A stretch of 64,000 nucleotides of DNA from Deltaproteobacteria bacterium (GTDB lineage Bacteria; Myxococcota_A; UBA796; JAFGLY01). Positions within the stretch are counted from its first letter, which is position 1; every line of letters begins with the position of its first letter. Location of the stretch: contig JBFYZZ010000152.1 in the NCBI GenBank assembly GCA_041309225.1, positions 6,121 to 70,120 on the forward strand, in the 5' to 3' direction. The notes below the pieces were generated by a model. It made no database searches. It was not told the DNA's origin and was given only the letters and a program-made list of their open reading frames with translations. Shown in pieces: positions 51,441 through 60,763 of the stretch. The position numbers were made by a program, and so were the translations under genes.

Positions 51441-51507
51441 CCACGCTCCGGCGCTGGGCCGTTGACTGGGATAGTTCCCGCTTCCACCCGTCCCTCCGGA
51501 GGTCCCC

Positions 51508-52272
51508 ATGATCCTCGCTGCCTTCGCGATCCTGGCGCCCGTTGCCCTCGCCGCCCCCGCCACCCTGTCCTACGGAGCCGAGGCCGACGGCGTGAGCCGC
51601 TACGTCTTCCGCGGGCTCGCGTTCTCCAACGGGTCTGCGCTGCAGCCGTCGGCCTGGGCGGGCCTCGGCGGAGGCACCCTCGCGGTGTGGACCCACCTGC
51701 CGGTCACTTCGAGGGACGGCGGGTTCGGCCTGGGCGAGGTGGACCCCTCGCTCGACTGGGCGTTCGAGTTCGGCGATCTCGGCGTGGACGTGGGCGCGGT
51801 CGGGTACCTCGTGAACGACTCCACCTGGTCCTGGACCGCGGAGGGCCTGCTCAACCTGTCCTATGACGTCGGGTGGGCGTCGGTCTTCCTCGAGCAGGCC
51901 CTGGACATGAAGGACGCTCCCGGTGCCTGGTACGCGGAGCTGGGCGTGTCCTCGGAGCACGAGGTGGGTGCCCTCACCCTGGCTCCGCGGCTGGCGATCG
52001 CCTTCGCGGACGCGGCCTACAACGACTACTACGTCGAGATCGACATCGAGATCCCCGAGGTGGACTGGTCGCCCGTGAGCCTCGAGCGCGGGGTCGCCGC
52101 CCTGGAGGCCTCCTGGTACCCGGAGTTCGCATCCGGCGGCTACCTGCGCCTCCACGGCGAGGCCAGCATGCTCCTCGACGGCGTGGTGCGCGACCACGTG
52201 GCCGATCCCTTCCTGGTGTGGGGCGGTCTCGCCCTCGGCTGGGAGGGGGGCGGGGGCGACGAGGAGGAGTAG
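51508..52272 (+). CDS. exported beta-barrel-like hypothetical protein
   Basis: 254 aa. Signal peptide MILAAFAILAPVALAAP. Alternating strand pattern (SRYVFRGLAFSNGSALQPSAWAGL, LDWAFEFGDLGVDVGAVGYL). Acidic tail. Confidence 0.6.
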   Translation: MILAAFAILAPVALAAPATLSYGAEADGVSRYVFRGLAFSNGSALQPSAWAGLGGGTLAVWTHLPVTSRDGGFGLGEVDPSLDWAFEFGDLGVDVGAVGYLVNDSTWSWTAEGLLNLSYDVGWASVFLEQALDMKDAPGAWYAELGVSSEHEVGALTLAPRLAIAFADAAYNDYYVEIDIEIPEVDWSPVSLERGVAALEASWYPEFASGGYLRLHGEASMLLDGVVRDHVADPFLVWGGLALGWEGGGGDEEE

Positions 52273-52293
52273 CGGGCGCGGCCCGCCGGCCGA

Positions 52294-52821
52294 TCACTCC
52301 CGTTCCCAGGCCTCCGTCGCCTGGACGGCGACCACGTCGCCGAACCAGACGCGGTGGTGGTCGCCCTGGTACAGCCCGTGGATCCGGGGATCGAGGAACC
52401 GCGCAGGATCGAGGTCGTGCCAGTAGGTGGTGCGGCACTCGAGCACGAGCTCGGCCTCGGCGAAGGTGGGCGAGGCCACCTCGGTCGAGGCCATGGGCGT
52501 GAGGCCCGTGGCGGCGATCTTGTCCACGTCGCGGCCGGAGACGGTGCCGCACAGCTCGAGCGCCTCCCGGTACGTCTCGGGGAGGAGCGAGAGCGTGAAG
52601 TCCCGGCTGCCGGCCATGAACCCGAATGTGTGGCGCGTGGGCCGCACGACCACGAGGGCGAACGGCCGGTTCCACATCATCCCGAGCGCACCCCACGCCA
52701 CGGTCATGGTGTTGAAGCCGCCGGGACCGAGCACGCCGGCCGTGAGCAGGAACCAGCGGTCGTCCCAGGCCTGGAAGATCGGGAGGTGGAGCGTCTCGGG
52801 CCGGAGGAGGCGGCGGTCCAC
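52294..52821 (-). CDS. flavin reductase-like (FMN-binding split-barrel) protein
   Basis: ORF 52294..53016 trimmed to GTG 52821, 2 nt after the upstream stop. WFLLTAGVLGPGGFNTMTVAWGALGMMWNRPFALVVVRPTRHTFGFM..FTLSLL fits the flavin reductase-like family pattern. Confidence 0.7.
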   Translation of the reverse strand: MDRRLLRPETLHLPIFQAWDDRWFLLTAGVLGPGGFNTMTVAWGALGMMWNRPFALVVVRPTRHTFGFMAGSRDFTLSLLPETYREALELCGTVSGRDVDKIAATGLTPMASTEVASPTFAEAELVLECRTTYWHDLDPARFLDPRIHGLYQGDHHRVWFGDVVAVQATEAWERE

Positions 52822-52823
52822 GG

Positions 52824-54155
52824 TCAACCCCGGTACCAGGCGGCGAGGGCCCGGGTCATGAACCACGGATCGTACGCCCCGGCGGTCTCGCGGGCGCTGT
52901 GCATGGCGTACTGGGCGCTGCCGACGTCCACCACGGGGATGCCGAGCTGGGCGGAGACCATGCTCCCGATGGTGGACCCGGACTTCGCGTCGGCCCGGTT
53001 CACGAACCGCTGGCACGGAACCTGGGCCGCCCCGCAGGCCAGGAGGAACGCGGCGGCGGAGACCGCGTCGGTGGCGTAGGCCCGGCCCGCGTGCGCCTTG
53101 AGCACCGGCCCGCCGTTGAGCACGGGAGCGTGGTCGGGGTCCATCTTGGAGGGGAAGCCGGGGTGGACGGCGTGGGCGTTGTCGGCCGAGACCAGGATCG
53201 AGCGGGCCAGTGCGGCGAGGTACCCGTCACGGCCGTCGCCCCGGGCCAGCGCGATCCGCTCCAGCAGGGACGGCAGGAAGGTGGAGTGCGCTCCCTGGGT
53301 CGTCTGGCTCCCGACCTCCTCGCTGTCGTAGAACACCGCCACGCGGGTGGCGGCCGCGGGCTCGCCATCCACCTCCGCGAGGGCGCGCAGGATCGCGTGA
53401 CACATCGCGAGGTCGTCGAGGCGACCCGAGCGGATCCACTCGCCGGCCGCTCCGGCCCGGGAGGCGGGCTGGGCGTCGAAGAGGCGGAGGTCGAACCCGA
53501 GGATCGCCTCTTCAACCACGCCCAGGTCGGACGCGAGCAGGTGGCGGATCGCGCCCTTCTCGGGCAGCCCGCCGTCGACCGAGCCGACCAGCGGAGCCAG
53601 CTCGGTCTGGGGGTTCACCTTGAGCCCGTCGTCGTTGACCTGCCGGTTCTGGTGGATGGCCAGGTTGGGGAGGCAGACGAGCGGGGCCTCGGAGCGCCAG
53701 AGGTGGGACTCGGGCCGGCCGTCCGGACCCTGCAGCACGACCCGACCGCAGAGCCCGAGGTCGCGGTCGAGCCAGGAGGCCAGGACCGGGCCGCCGTAGA
53801 CCTCGATGCCCAGCACCACGCTGCCGTGGTCCACGCGCTCGGGCAGCGGCTTGAGCACGAGGCCCGGGGAGTCGGTGTGGGCGGCCGCCATGCGGAAGCC
53901 CGCCTCGGAGGGGGATGCCGTGCCCACCACGAAGGCGGCGAGCGCGGTGCCGCCCCGCTCGACGAGGTATCGGCCGCCGGGCTCGAGGGACCAGCGGTCG
54001 GCCTCGGAGAGGGGGGCGTACCCGGCCTCCCGGAGGCGGGCGCCCAGGGCGGCGACGGCGTGAAAGGCCGAGGGGCTGGCGTCGAGGAAGGCGAGGAGGT
54101 CGTCGGCCACGAGGTGGGCCGCAGCGCGATCCTCGGGCATGGCGGGAATGGGCAT
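52824..54155 (-). CDS. M18 family aminopeptidase
   Basis: ORF 52824..54431 trimmed to ATG 54155 (GGGAG upstream), giving 443 aa. FRMAAAHTDSPGLVLKP, YGGPVLASWLDRDLGL, FYDSEEVGS, SADNAHAVHPGFP. Confidence 0.88.
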   Translation of the reverse strand: MPIPAMPEDRAAAHLVADDLLAFLDASPSAFHAVAALGARLREAGYAPLSEADRWSLEPGGRYLVERGGTALAAFVVGTASPSEAGFRMAAAHTDSPGLVLKPLPERVDHGSVVLGIEVYGGPVLASWLDRDLGLCGRVVLQGPDGRPESHLWRSEAPLVCLPNLAIHQNRQVNDDGLKVNPQTELAPLVGSVDGGLPEKGAIRHLLASDLGVVEEAILGFDLRLFDAQPASRAGAAGEWIRSGRLDDLAMCHAILRALAEVDGEPAAATRVAVFYDSEEVGSQTTQGAHSTFLPSLLERIALARGDGRDGYLAALARSILVSADNAHAVHPGFPSKMDPDHAPVLNGGPVLKAHAGRAYATDAVSAAAFLLACGAAQVPCQRFVNRADAKSGSTIGSMVSAQLGIPVVDVGSAQYAMHSARETAGAYDPWFMTRALAAWYRG

Positions 54156-54184
54156 GGTCGGCTCCCGGGGGTGGTTCGGCCAGC

Positions 54185-55897
54185 CTACTCCGCGGGGCAG
54201 GTCGTGGCGATCCGGGGGTTCGCCGGATCGAGGATCGCGCTCGACAGGCACGCGGGGGCGGCCTTCACCCAGGCCTCGATCGCGTCGCGCACGAGCGGGC
54301 CCTCCCCGAGCACCCGGGTGCCGGTGAAGGCCGGTCCGAGGTGGTCGCCACCGTCGTGGAGAAAGTCGGCCACCACCACGCGGTAGGTCCGAACCGGATC
54401 GAGGGGCTCTCCGCCGACCCGCACGTCGCACAGCCGGTCACGCTCCCAGTCCTCCACCTCGCCGTCCCCATCGAGGTCGCTCCCGCCGGTCCGCGAGGGA
54501 TCGAAGGCGTAGCTCGCGCCGGAGACCTGGAGCAGCCCGTCCTTGCCCGACGACCCGATGCGCAGCATCATCCGGACCTGCGCGCCGGTCATCTCCACCG
54601 CGAGGAGCCGGTTGTCGAAGGGCATGAGGGAGAAGACGTGCTCCCGGCGGATGGGCCCCGCGGGCAGGTCGGCCCGGAGGCCACCGGCGTTCGCCACCGC
54701 GAGGTCGGCGTCGGTGAAGGCGGCCCTCAGGGCGTCGGCCACGAGGTCCCCGACGGTGGATTCGGCCCGCTTGTCGCGCAGGAGCTTCGTGTCGGCGCAG
54801 CCCAGCGCTTCGCACAGGGAGCCCGCCTCCCCCGCCACGCGCTCGAGCAGGGCCAGCGCCGCCGGATCGGGGGCCACCGGACGCCCCCCGAGGTCGCGCG
54901 CCTCCCCGGGGAAGGTCCCGCCCCCGCAGCCCGGCTCGACCCGATCGTGGATCAGGGGCCACGGAGGGTGGAGGACGGAGCCGTCCGGCATCGGCCCGTC
55001 GGGACCGACCAGGAGGTCGAGGCGGCCGAGCATCCGCCCGCTCACGCGGTTCTCGAGGACGAAGACGTCCCCCACGCGGTTGGCGATGAGCGCGTGGGAG
55101 TGCCCGGCGATCACCACGTCCACGGAGCCCGGCGGAAGGGTCGCGAGGAACGCGCCCAGCTCGCCGTCGAGCGCGCAGGTCGGCGCGGGCTCGGCCCAGC
55201 CCGGGGGCTCGGGCGCGCACTCGCCGTCGAGGTGGGCGAGCACGACCACCACGTCCGCGCCGGCGCCCCGCATCGCCGGGAGGACGTCCTGGACGGCGCT
55301 GGCGGGATCGAGGAAGTACAGGTCCGCCACGTTCCGGGGGGCCGTGGACTGGGGCGTCTCCAGGGTGGTCACCCCGACCACGCCGATCTGCACGCCCTTG
55401 CGCTCGATGAGGGTCCACGGCAGGATGCCGCTCTCGTCCCAGGTGCCGGTACCGGTCACCACGTTCGCCGACAGCCAGGGGAACTCCGACGCAGCCACGC
55501 CCGTATACAGGGCGTCGCGCGTGGGGTGCCCCCCGGCGGTGCCGCCGTAGTCGAAGTCGTGGTTCCCGACGGTGGTGGCATCGACCCGCAGCAGGTTGAG
55601 GGCCTCGATGGCGGCCCGGCCGCGGGTCCGGTTGACCTCCCAGGAGCCCTGGAACGCATCGCCCGCGTGGAGGAGGACGAGGTCGGGATCCTCCTGGCGG
55701 AGGGCGGCGAGCGCCCCCGCGATCCAGGGCAGCCCACCCTCGGCCCGGGTGCGGTCGGCGGCGGAAGGGATCTCGTGGAGCGCTCCGTGGAAGTCGTTCA
55801 TCGCCACGAGTGTGAGGGTGACGGGCCGGTCCGAGAGGGGGGATTCCGGGGGGGGACAGGCCGCGAGGATCGCCAGGGCGGGGAGGAGCGTGCGCAC
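54185..55897 (-). CDS. bifunctional metallophosphatase/5'-nucleotidase lipoprotein
   Basis: ORF 54185..55933. Preferred start is GTG 55897 (GAGG upstream), giving VRTLLPALAILAAC (lipobox). Motifs MNDFHGAL, HAGDAFQGS, VGNHDFDYG, and C-terminal 5'-nucleotidase domain motif ANAGGLRADL. Confidence 0.88.
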   Translation of the reverse strand: MRTLLPALAILAACPPPESPLSDRPVTLTLVAMNDFHGALHEIPSAADRTRAEGGLPWIAGALAALRQEDPDLVLLHAGDAFQGSWEVNRTRGRAAIEALNLLRVDATTVGNHDFDYGGTAGGHPTRDALYTGVAASEFPWLSANVVTGTGTWDESGILPWTLIERKGVQIGVVGVTTLETPQSTAPRNVADLYFLDPASAVQDVLPAMRGAGADVVVVLAHLDGECAPEPPGWAEPAPTCALDGELGAFLATLPPGSVDVVIAGHSHALIANRVGDVFVLENRVSGRMLGRLDLLVGPDGPMPDGSVLHPPWPLIHDRVEPGCGGGTFPGEARDLGGRPVAPDPAALALLERVAGEAGSLCEALGCADTKLLRDKRAESTVGDLVADALRAAFTDADLAVANAGGLRADLPAGPIRREHVFSLMPFDNRLLAVEMTGAQVRMMLRIGSSGKDGLLQVSGASYAFDPSRTGGSDLDGDGEVEDWERDRLCDVRVGGEPLDPVRTYRVVVADFLHDGGDHLGPAFTGTRVLGEGPLVRDAIEAWVKAAPACLSSAILDPANPRIATTCPAE

Positions 55898-56006
55898 GAT
55901 CACCTCGGAGGGACCTCGGTATCCGTCCCGCATCCCGCGGACGAGCGCGCCGATCTCCCCGTTGCGGTCGGCCGGGTCGACCGCGCGGTGCGGACCTGGG
56001 GGTGCG

Positions 56007-56252
56007 CTACTTCAGGGCCGCGGTGTAGACCTGGGCCTTGGCGGGATCGGCGGCGATGTCGAACAGGAGGGCCTCGAACGCGGGCCGATCCAGGCCGTGG
56101 TCGGCGAGGATCGCGTCTGACCGGGCCGGATCGGCCTTCACGAGGGAGGCGATGGCCGCCACTTCCTGGACCTGGTCGGCGGTGGGGGGGACCGGCTTGC
56201 CGCCGCAGGCGGCGAGCAGGAGCGCAGCCACGAGGATGCGTGCGGTGGTCAT
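56007..56252 (-). CDS. small lipoprotein
   Basis: 81 aa. MTTARILVAALLLAACGG (lipobox). Its start lies 1 nt after the upstream stop. Confidence 0.6.
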   Translation of the reverse strand: MTTARILVAALLLAACGGKPVPPTADQVQEVAAIASLVKADPARSDAILADHGLDRPAFEALLFDIAADPAKAQVYTAALK

Positions 56253-56253
56253 C

Positions 56254-56769
56254 TCACTTTCCTCCCTGGCCCTTTCCGCCGGTCTTCATGGTGCCCTTGG
56301 TCTCCACGGCCTTGCCCTTGGTCTCCACGGCCTTGCCCCTGGCCTCCTCGGCCTTGCCCCTGGCCTCCTCGGCCTTGCCGGGCTCGTCCGTTGGTGCGTC
56401 GCCCTCGGCGGCCTTCTGGGCTTCGCGTTCGGCCTTGCGGGCCTGGTGCTCGGCGTGGATCGCCGCGGCCAGGTCCTGGCCGCGCAGGCCGGCCTCGATG
56501 CGTTCGCGTACGAACGCCCCGAGGTTGTCGGTCCGGCCTTCCTGCCGGCCGGCGTCGCGGGCGGCCTCGAGGGCCTCCGTAGTGCCGCCTGCACCCATGC
56601 CGGACTTGCGACCGGCGTCGAGCACAACGTCGACGTCTTCCTCCGGCACGCCGTCGCGCCGCATCTCATGGGCGACGACGGGCAGCTGGATGGCACGTTT
56701 CAACGCCTCGTCGGACACGGGATCCGCGTGTACGGCGAGGGCGAGGAGGAGGAGAGGAGCGAACGACAT
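56254..56769 (-). CDS. exported charged-repeat protein
   Basis: Tail of ORF 56254..59169, starting at ATG 56769 (GGAGG upstream), giving 171 aa. Signal peptide MSFAPLLLLALAVHA. C-terminal heptad repeats GKAEEAR x2 and GKAVETK x2. Confidence 0.6.
   Translation of the reverse strand: MSFAPLLLLALAVHADPVSDEALKRAIQLPVVAHEMRRDGVPEEDVDVVLDAGRKSGMGAGGTTEALEAARDAGRQEGRTDNLGAFVRERIEAGLRGQDLAAAIHAEHQARKAEREAQKAAEGDAPTDEPGKAEEARGKAEEARGKAVETKGKAVETKGTMKTGGKGQGGK
56296..56379. repeat. four contiguous 21-bp tandem repeats (two exact pairs) inside a CDS
   Basis: cttggtctccacggccttgcc occurs twice (56296-56337). cctggcctcctcggccttgcc then occurs twice (56338-56379). Confidence 0.9.
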
Positions 56770-56858
56770 GGGACCTCCACACCGTGACGCCCCTGCGGTA
56801 CCGGACATCGGCACCCCGGGACGTGAGGGAGAAGATAGCACGCGTCGCCGCCGGGGGG

Positions 56859-58610
56859 TCAGGCCAGCCGGAACCGGGTGCGCTCGCGTTCCGCATCGGC
56901 CAGGAGGCGAGCCGAGGGCGTCTCCTCGAACCGGAAGGCCATGAGGCCGGGCTCCCACGACCAGGGGTGCCCGTCGAGCAGCACACGCCCATCGGCGATC
57001 GCGCCGGTGACCACGCTGAGCGGGAGGTGGCCGAGATCCCTCTGGATCGCCTCGAACCGGCCCTGCTGGATGGGGTCCAGCATGCGGAGCCGGTACCGCG
57101 CGGTGTACGCGACGTGAAAGTGGGCGGGCCGGAAGGCCACGCCGGCGAGATCCAGGCGACGTGCGATGCGGAGGAGCATCTCCCCCGCCTCCCGCGCCAG
57201 CCCGAGGCCAGGCACGTCCTGTCCGGGGAGGCGGGGTCGGAGGGCCGTGAAGGGGACCCGGGGGTTGCGCAGGGTCAGCCACTGGACGAAGAGCATGGGC
57301 TGGCCCTCGACCGCCTCCCGGGCCAGGACGGCCTCCACCAGGAGGTGCTCGTCGCCCCCGGCACGTCCGAGCAGGCGAAGGCGTTCGCCCGACGTGGCCT
57401 CGTCGAGCGTGACCCGGAGATCCTGGTAGCCGAGGCGGCGGATCTGGGGCAGCAGGCCGTAGGTCTCGAGGGAGTACTCCAGCCCCTCCACCGTGTAGAA
57501 CCCGAGCAGACGCCGGGCCTCGGGCCGCCGGACCCCGAGCGCCTCGTCGAGTTCGGCCGCGGTCAGCCAGGCCTCGCCACCGAGCCGCCGGGTGTCCATG
57601 CGCTGCGCGATCCGGGAGAAGTGCCAGCGCAGGGGATCGGCGTCGGGCAGGACCGGCCGGCGGGCCTGCCCGGCCAGGACCAGCGCGCTGCCTGCCAGCG
57701 CTCGCCAGGCGTCGGGTCCGTAGCCGCCTCCCGAGAGCCAGACCTGGGGCACCCCGGCGAGCCGGCGGGTCACGCGGCCGTCGCGCTGGCGCACCCCCTC
57801 GAGGGAGAGCTCCAGGCGCCCCATGCGGTCCCCGGCGAGGACGTCGCCTCCGGCGATCACGAAGGCGAGGTCGGGTCGTGGCGCGCGGGCCAGGAGCGCG
57901 TCGAGCGCCTCGAGGTAGGGCACGTCCCCGGAGTCCGCGGGCAGGAGCGTCTCGTCGACCCCGGGGAGGGGACCCCAGTCGGAGCCGGAGAGGGAGCCGA
58001 TCCAGACCGCGGGATCGCCACGGAAGCAGGCCGCGAGGCCGTCGGGCGGATGGGCGTCCAGATCGAGGACGGCCACCCGTCCTGCAAACCCCTCGGCCCG
58101 TGCGACCGCGAGGGCCACGGCCACGTCGTTGACGGCACAAAGGCCAGCACCGCGATCCGGTGCGGCGTGGTGGAAGCCACCGAGCAGGTTGAGGTGGGGG
58201 CGCCGGTCCGCGAGCGTCCCGCGGGCGGCGGCCACGGTGGCACCGCAGGCGTGGCGGACGGTGGCGAGCAACTCGTCCACGGGGACGTCCCACGGATCCA
58301 CCCCGAATACCCGCGCGAGGACCTCCACGTCCGAGAGCGACTCCAGCCACGCCGGTGTGTGGACGCGGGCCAGGTCCCGGTAGTCCACCCGTCCCGGTCG
58401 CCGGAACGAGGACCAGGCCACCGCGCCCGTGTCCTCCAGGTACCAGGCGGCGAGGTCCGAGCGGCGCGGTTCCATCCCGGCGCGCGGCTCGAGCGAGGTG
58501 AGGGGGAGACGATAGGTCGGGTGGTGCCAGACGCGGAGGCTGCGCCCCCGGAAAGGGCCGAGCGCGCGAGCGAGTGCACGGGAACCCGTGGCCAGGGGCG
58601 AGACCCTCAT
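56859..58610 (-). CDS. histone deacetylase-family (zinc deacylase) domain fused to a ~250-aa uncharacterised C-terminal domain
   Basis: 583 aa. HDAC motifs: LLGGFHHA, VLDLDAHPPDG (Asp/His zinc ligands kept), VIAGGDVLAGD, LSGGGY. The C-terminal half (approximately 56859-57620) matches no family I recognise. Confidence 0.85.
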   Translation of the reverse strand: MRVSPLATGSRALARALGPFRGRSLRVWHHPTYRLPLTSLEPRAGMEPRRSDLAAWYLEDTGAVAWSSFRRPGRVDYRDLARVHTPAWLESLSDVEVLARVFGVDPWDVPVDELLATVRHACGATVAAARGTLADRRPHLNLLGGFHHAAPDRGAGLCAVNDVAVALAVARAEGFAGRVAVLDLDAHPPDGLAACFRGDPAVWIGSLSGSDWGPLPGVDETLLPADSGDVPYLEALDALLARAPRPDLAFVIAGGDVLAGDRMGRLELSLEGVRQRDGRVTRRLAGVPQVWLSGGGYGPDAWRALAGSALVLAGQARRPVLPDADPLRWHFSRIAQRMDTRRLGGEAWLTAAELDEALGVRRPEARRLLGFYTVEGLEYSLETYGLLPQIRRLGYQDLRVTLDEATSGERLRLLGRAGGDEHLLVEAVLAREAVEGQPMLFVQWLTLRNPRVPFTALRPRLPGQDVPGLGLAREAGEMLLRIARRLDLAGVAFRPAHFHVAYTARYRLRMLDPIQQGRFEAIQRDLGHLPLSVVTGAIADGRVLLDGHPWSWEPGLMAFRFEETPSARLLADAERERTRFRLA

Positions 58611-58619
58611 GGCGGGCAG

Positions 58620-59174
58620 CTACGGTGGCGGCGGTGGGGGTGGGAGCGTCCGGTAGGCCCCCGTCCAGGGGTCGCCGCGGACGCCGTCCGGACGGACGGG
58701 CGTGAGGGACCAGGTGCAGGCCTGCGGGCCCCCCGGATGCGGCGATCGGATCTTCCACAGCGGGGAGAGGCGATAGGGGCGGTCGCGGCCCATGAACTTC
58801 ACGGGGTACTGCCGGTCGTGGACCTGGGTGGCGGCCTCGGGCGCACCCGGGTGGGTGGTGCACTCGACGTGGAACAGCACGGTCCATCCCTCGCCCGCGG
58901 CCGGGACGAGGAGTTCGGCACGCACGAACCAGTCGCCCTCGGACAGGGGGTCCGGGGGCGAGGCGCCCACGAACGACTCGCACGCGGTGCGGCCGGCACA
59001 CAGGCCGAACGCCTGGTCTCCGGCGCCCCGGATGCCCGACCGGAGGTCGTCGAGGGTGCCGGCCAGGAGGGCCGCCTCCCACGGGGCGAGCGTGACGGCG
59101 CCCGGGGTGTCCGCCGCGCACGGAGGGCACTCCGGGGGGCGGGCGCAGGCCACGAACAGGAGGAACCACGGCAT
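58620..59174 (-). CDS. Cys-rich lipoprotein with poly-Pro tail
   Basis: Tail of ORF 58620..59561, starting at ATG 59174, giving 184 aa. MPWFLLFVAC (lipobox). 8 Cys. Ends PPPPPPP. Confidence 0.6.
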   Translation of the reverse strand: MPWFLLFVACARPPECPPCAADTPGAVTLAPWEAALLAGTLDDLRSGIRGAGDQAFGLCAGRTACESFVGASPPDPLSEGDWFVRAELLVPAAGEGWTVLFHVECTTHPGAPEAATQVHDRQYPVKFMGRDRPYRLSPLWKIRSPHPGGPQACTWSLTPVRPDGVRGDPWTGAYRTLPPPPPPP

Positions 59175-59292
59175 GGATCGTGAGGCCTCGATGCAGAGGC
59201 GGGCACGGTATCGCGACGCACCGGGGCCCACCAGCGGGGCCCCCGAGGGGGTCCCCCGCCGGGTGCCGGGGTTACGGTACGCGGTGGTTCCC

Positions 59293-60465
59293 GTGCATCC
59301 CCAACGCTCCCCCGCCCCGTTGTTCCACCTCGCCCGTGGCGCCCTCGAGGACGTGCGCGACGGGCTCGCCGCCGCCATCCGCGAGGGACTCGCCCACGAG
59401 GGGGCGGAGATCGCTGCGCTGCCCGCCTTCCTGCCGCCACCGCCGCCGGGCCTCGCCGGTCGGGCCCTCGTGGTGGACGCGGGGGGCACCCACGTGCGGG
59501 CGGCGGTGGTGGCGATCGACGGGCCGAGCGTCCGGATCGAGGCGGGCCCGGCTGTGGGCACCCTGCCTCGCGGCTGGCCGGGAGCCCCGATCTCCGCTGC
59601 CGAGTTCTTCGGCTGGCAGGCGGACCTCGTCGCGACCCTCGATCCGGGCCCGAACCTGCCGCTCGGCTACTGCTTCTCCTACCCGGCGGTCGCCCTGCCG
59701 GACGGGGACGCTCGGCTCGTCCGGTGGACGAAGGGCGTCGAGGTCGAGGGCGTGGTGGACCGGGCCGTGGGGGTGCGCCTGGCCGGGGCGCTCGCGGCCC
59801 GTGGGATCCCCACCTCGGAGGTCCGCGTCGTCAACGACACCGTGGCGACACTCCTCGCCGGGAGCCCCGGTACGAGGGACCGACCCGTGGGCCTCGTCGT
59901 GGGTACCGGCACGAACATGGCCATCGTGGTGGAGGTGCTTCCCAAGGTCGCGTCCTGGACCGGACCCATGGCGGTCAACCTGGAGTCCGGCGCCTTCTGG
60001 CCCTCCCACCTCAACCTGTGGGACGAGGAGGTGGACGCGGCCAGCGAGGATCCGGGCCGGCAGCGGCTCGAGAAGGCCCTCTCTGGGCGGTACCTGCCGC
60101 TCCTGTTCCGGGCCGCGGCGACCGCACCGGAACGGATCGCGCCCGGCGAGGGGGCCGAGGCGGTCGCGCGGGTGCGCGACGGGAATCCGGGCGACGACGC
60201 CGATCTCGCCGCCGCGATCCTGGATCGCTCGGCGGATCTCGTGGCGGCCGGTCTCGCGGCGGTGGCCGACGTGGTGGGCGGACCGATCCGGGTGGTGGCC
60301 GAGGGCAGCCTCTTCTGGCGCACGGCCGGCTACCGGGAGCGGGTGGAGACCTCAGCAGCCCTGCTCCTCGGTTCCGGGGATCGGCTGGCGTGCGTGGCGG
60401 TGCCCGGTGCCACCCTCGCGGGCGCGGCCCGAGCCGCGCTCCTGGCCCGGGGAGGTGCGACGTGA
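59293..60465 (+). CDS. hexokinase-family sugar kinase (eukaryote-type fold)
   Basis: In-frame part of ORF 58792..60465. The start is uncertain (GTG 59293 preferred; ATG 59191 is only 16 nt from the divergent start). ALVVDAGGTHVRAAVV, LGYCFSYP..VRWTKG, VVNDTVATLL, VVGTGTNMA, NLESGAF. Confidence 0.8.
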   Translation: MHPQRSPAPLFHLARGALEDVRDGLAAAIREGLAHEGAEIAALPAFLPPPPPGLAGRALVVDAGGTHVRAAVVAIDGPSVRIEAGPAVGTLPRGWPGAPISAAEFFGWQADLVATLDPGPNLPLGYCFSYPAVALPDGDARLVRWTKGVEVEGVVDRAVGVRLAGALAARGIPTSEVRVVNDTVATLLAGSPGTRDRPVGLVVGTGTNMAIVVEVLPKVASWTGPMAVNLESGAFWPSHLNLWDEEVDAASEDPGRQRLEKALSGRYLPLLFRAAATAPERIAPGEGAEAVARVRDGNPGDDADLAAAILDRSADLVAAGLAAVADVVGGPIRVVAEGSLFWRTAGYRERVETSAALLLGSGDRLACVAVPGATLAGAARAALLARGGAT

Positions 60466-60761
60466 TCGAGCGCGTGGTCCTGCTCCGGTGCCGGGACCGG
60501 TCTCCGTCGGGGGTGGCCGAGGTGGCCCAGGCGGTGCTCCACCTCCTCCGGAGCCGGCCCGAGGTCGCCGCCGCGTCCGTGGCCCGCCCGGCGGACGAGG
60601 CCACCGGGGCCGCCTGGGACCTGCGCGTGACGGTGCGGCTCGCCGACGAGGCGGCCCTGGCGGGCTACGCGGCGGACGAGATCCACACCCGGTTCGTGGC
60701 CACCTGGCTGGCGCCCCGGATTGCAGCGCGGGAGGCGTGGACCTTCCACGCGGATCCGTAG
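60462..60761 (+). CDS. Dabb (stress-responsive alpha/beta barrel) domain protein
   Basis: Tail of ORF 59724..60761. GTG 60462 overlaps the hexokinase stop (GTGA), with GGAGG 6 nt upstream. 99 aa. VIERVVLLRCRD..AAWDLRVTVRLADEAALAGYAADEIHTRFV. Confidence 0.7.
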   Translation: MIERVVLLRCRDRSPSGVAEVAQAVLHLLRSRPEVAAASVARPADEATGAAWDLRVTVRLADEAALAGYAADEIHTRFVATWLAPRIAAREAWTFHADP

Positions 60762-60763
60762 CG

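Noticed and set aside
56296-56379. CRISPR-like repeat array
   Set aside because: The repeats are contiguous 21-bp units without spacers. They lie in frame inside a CDS and encode heptad peptide repeats.
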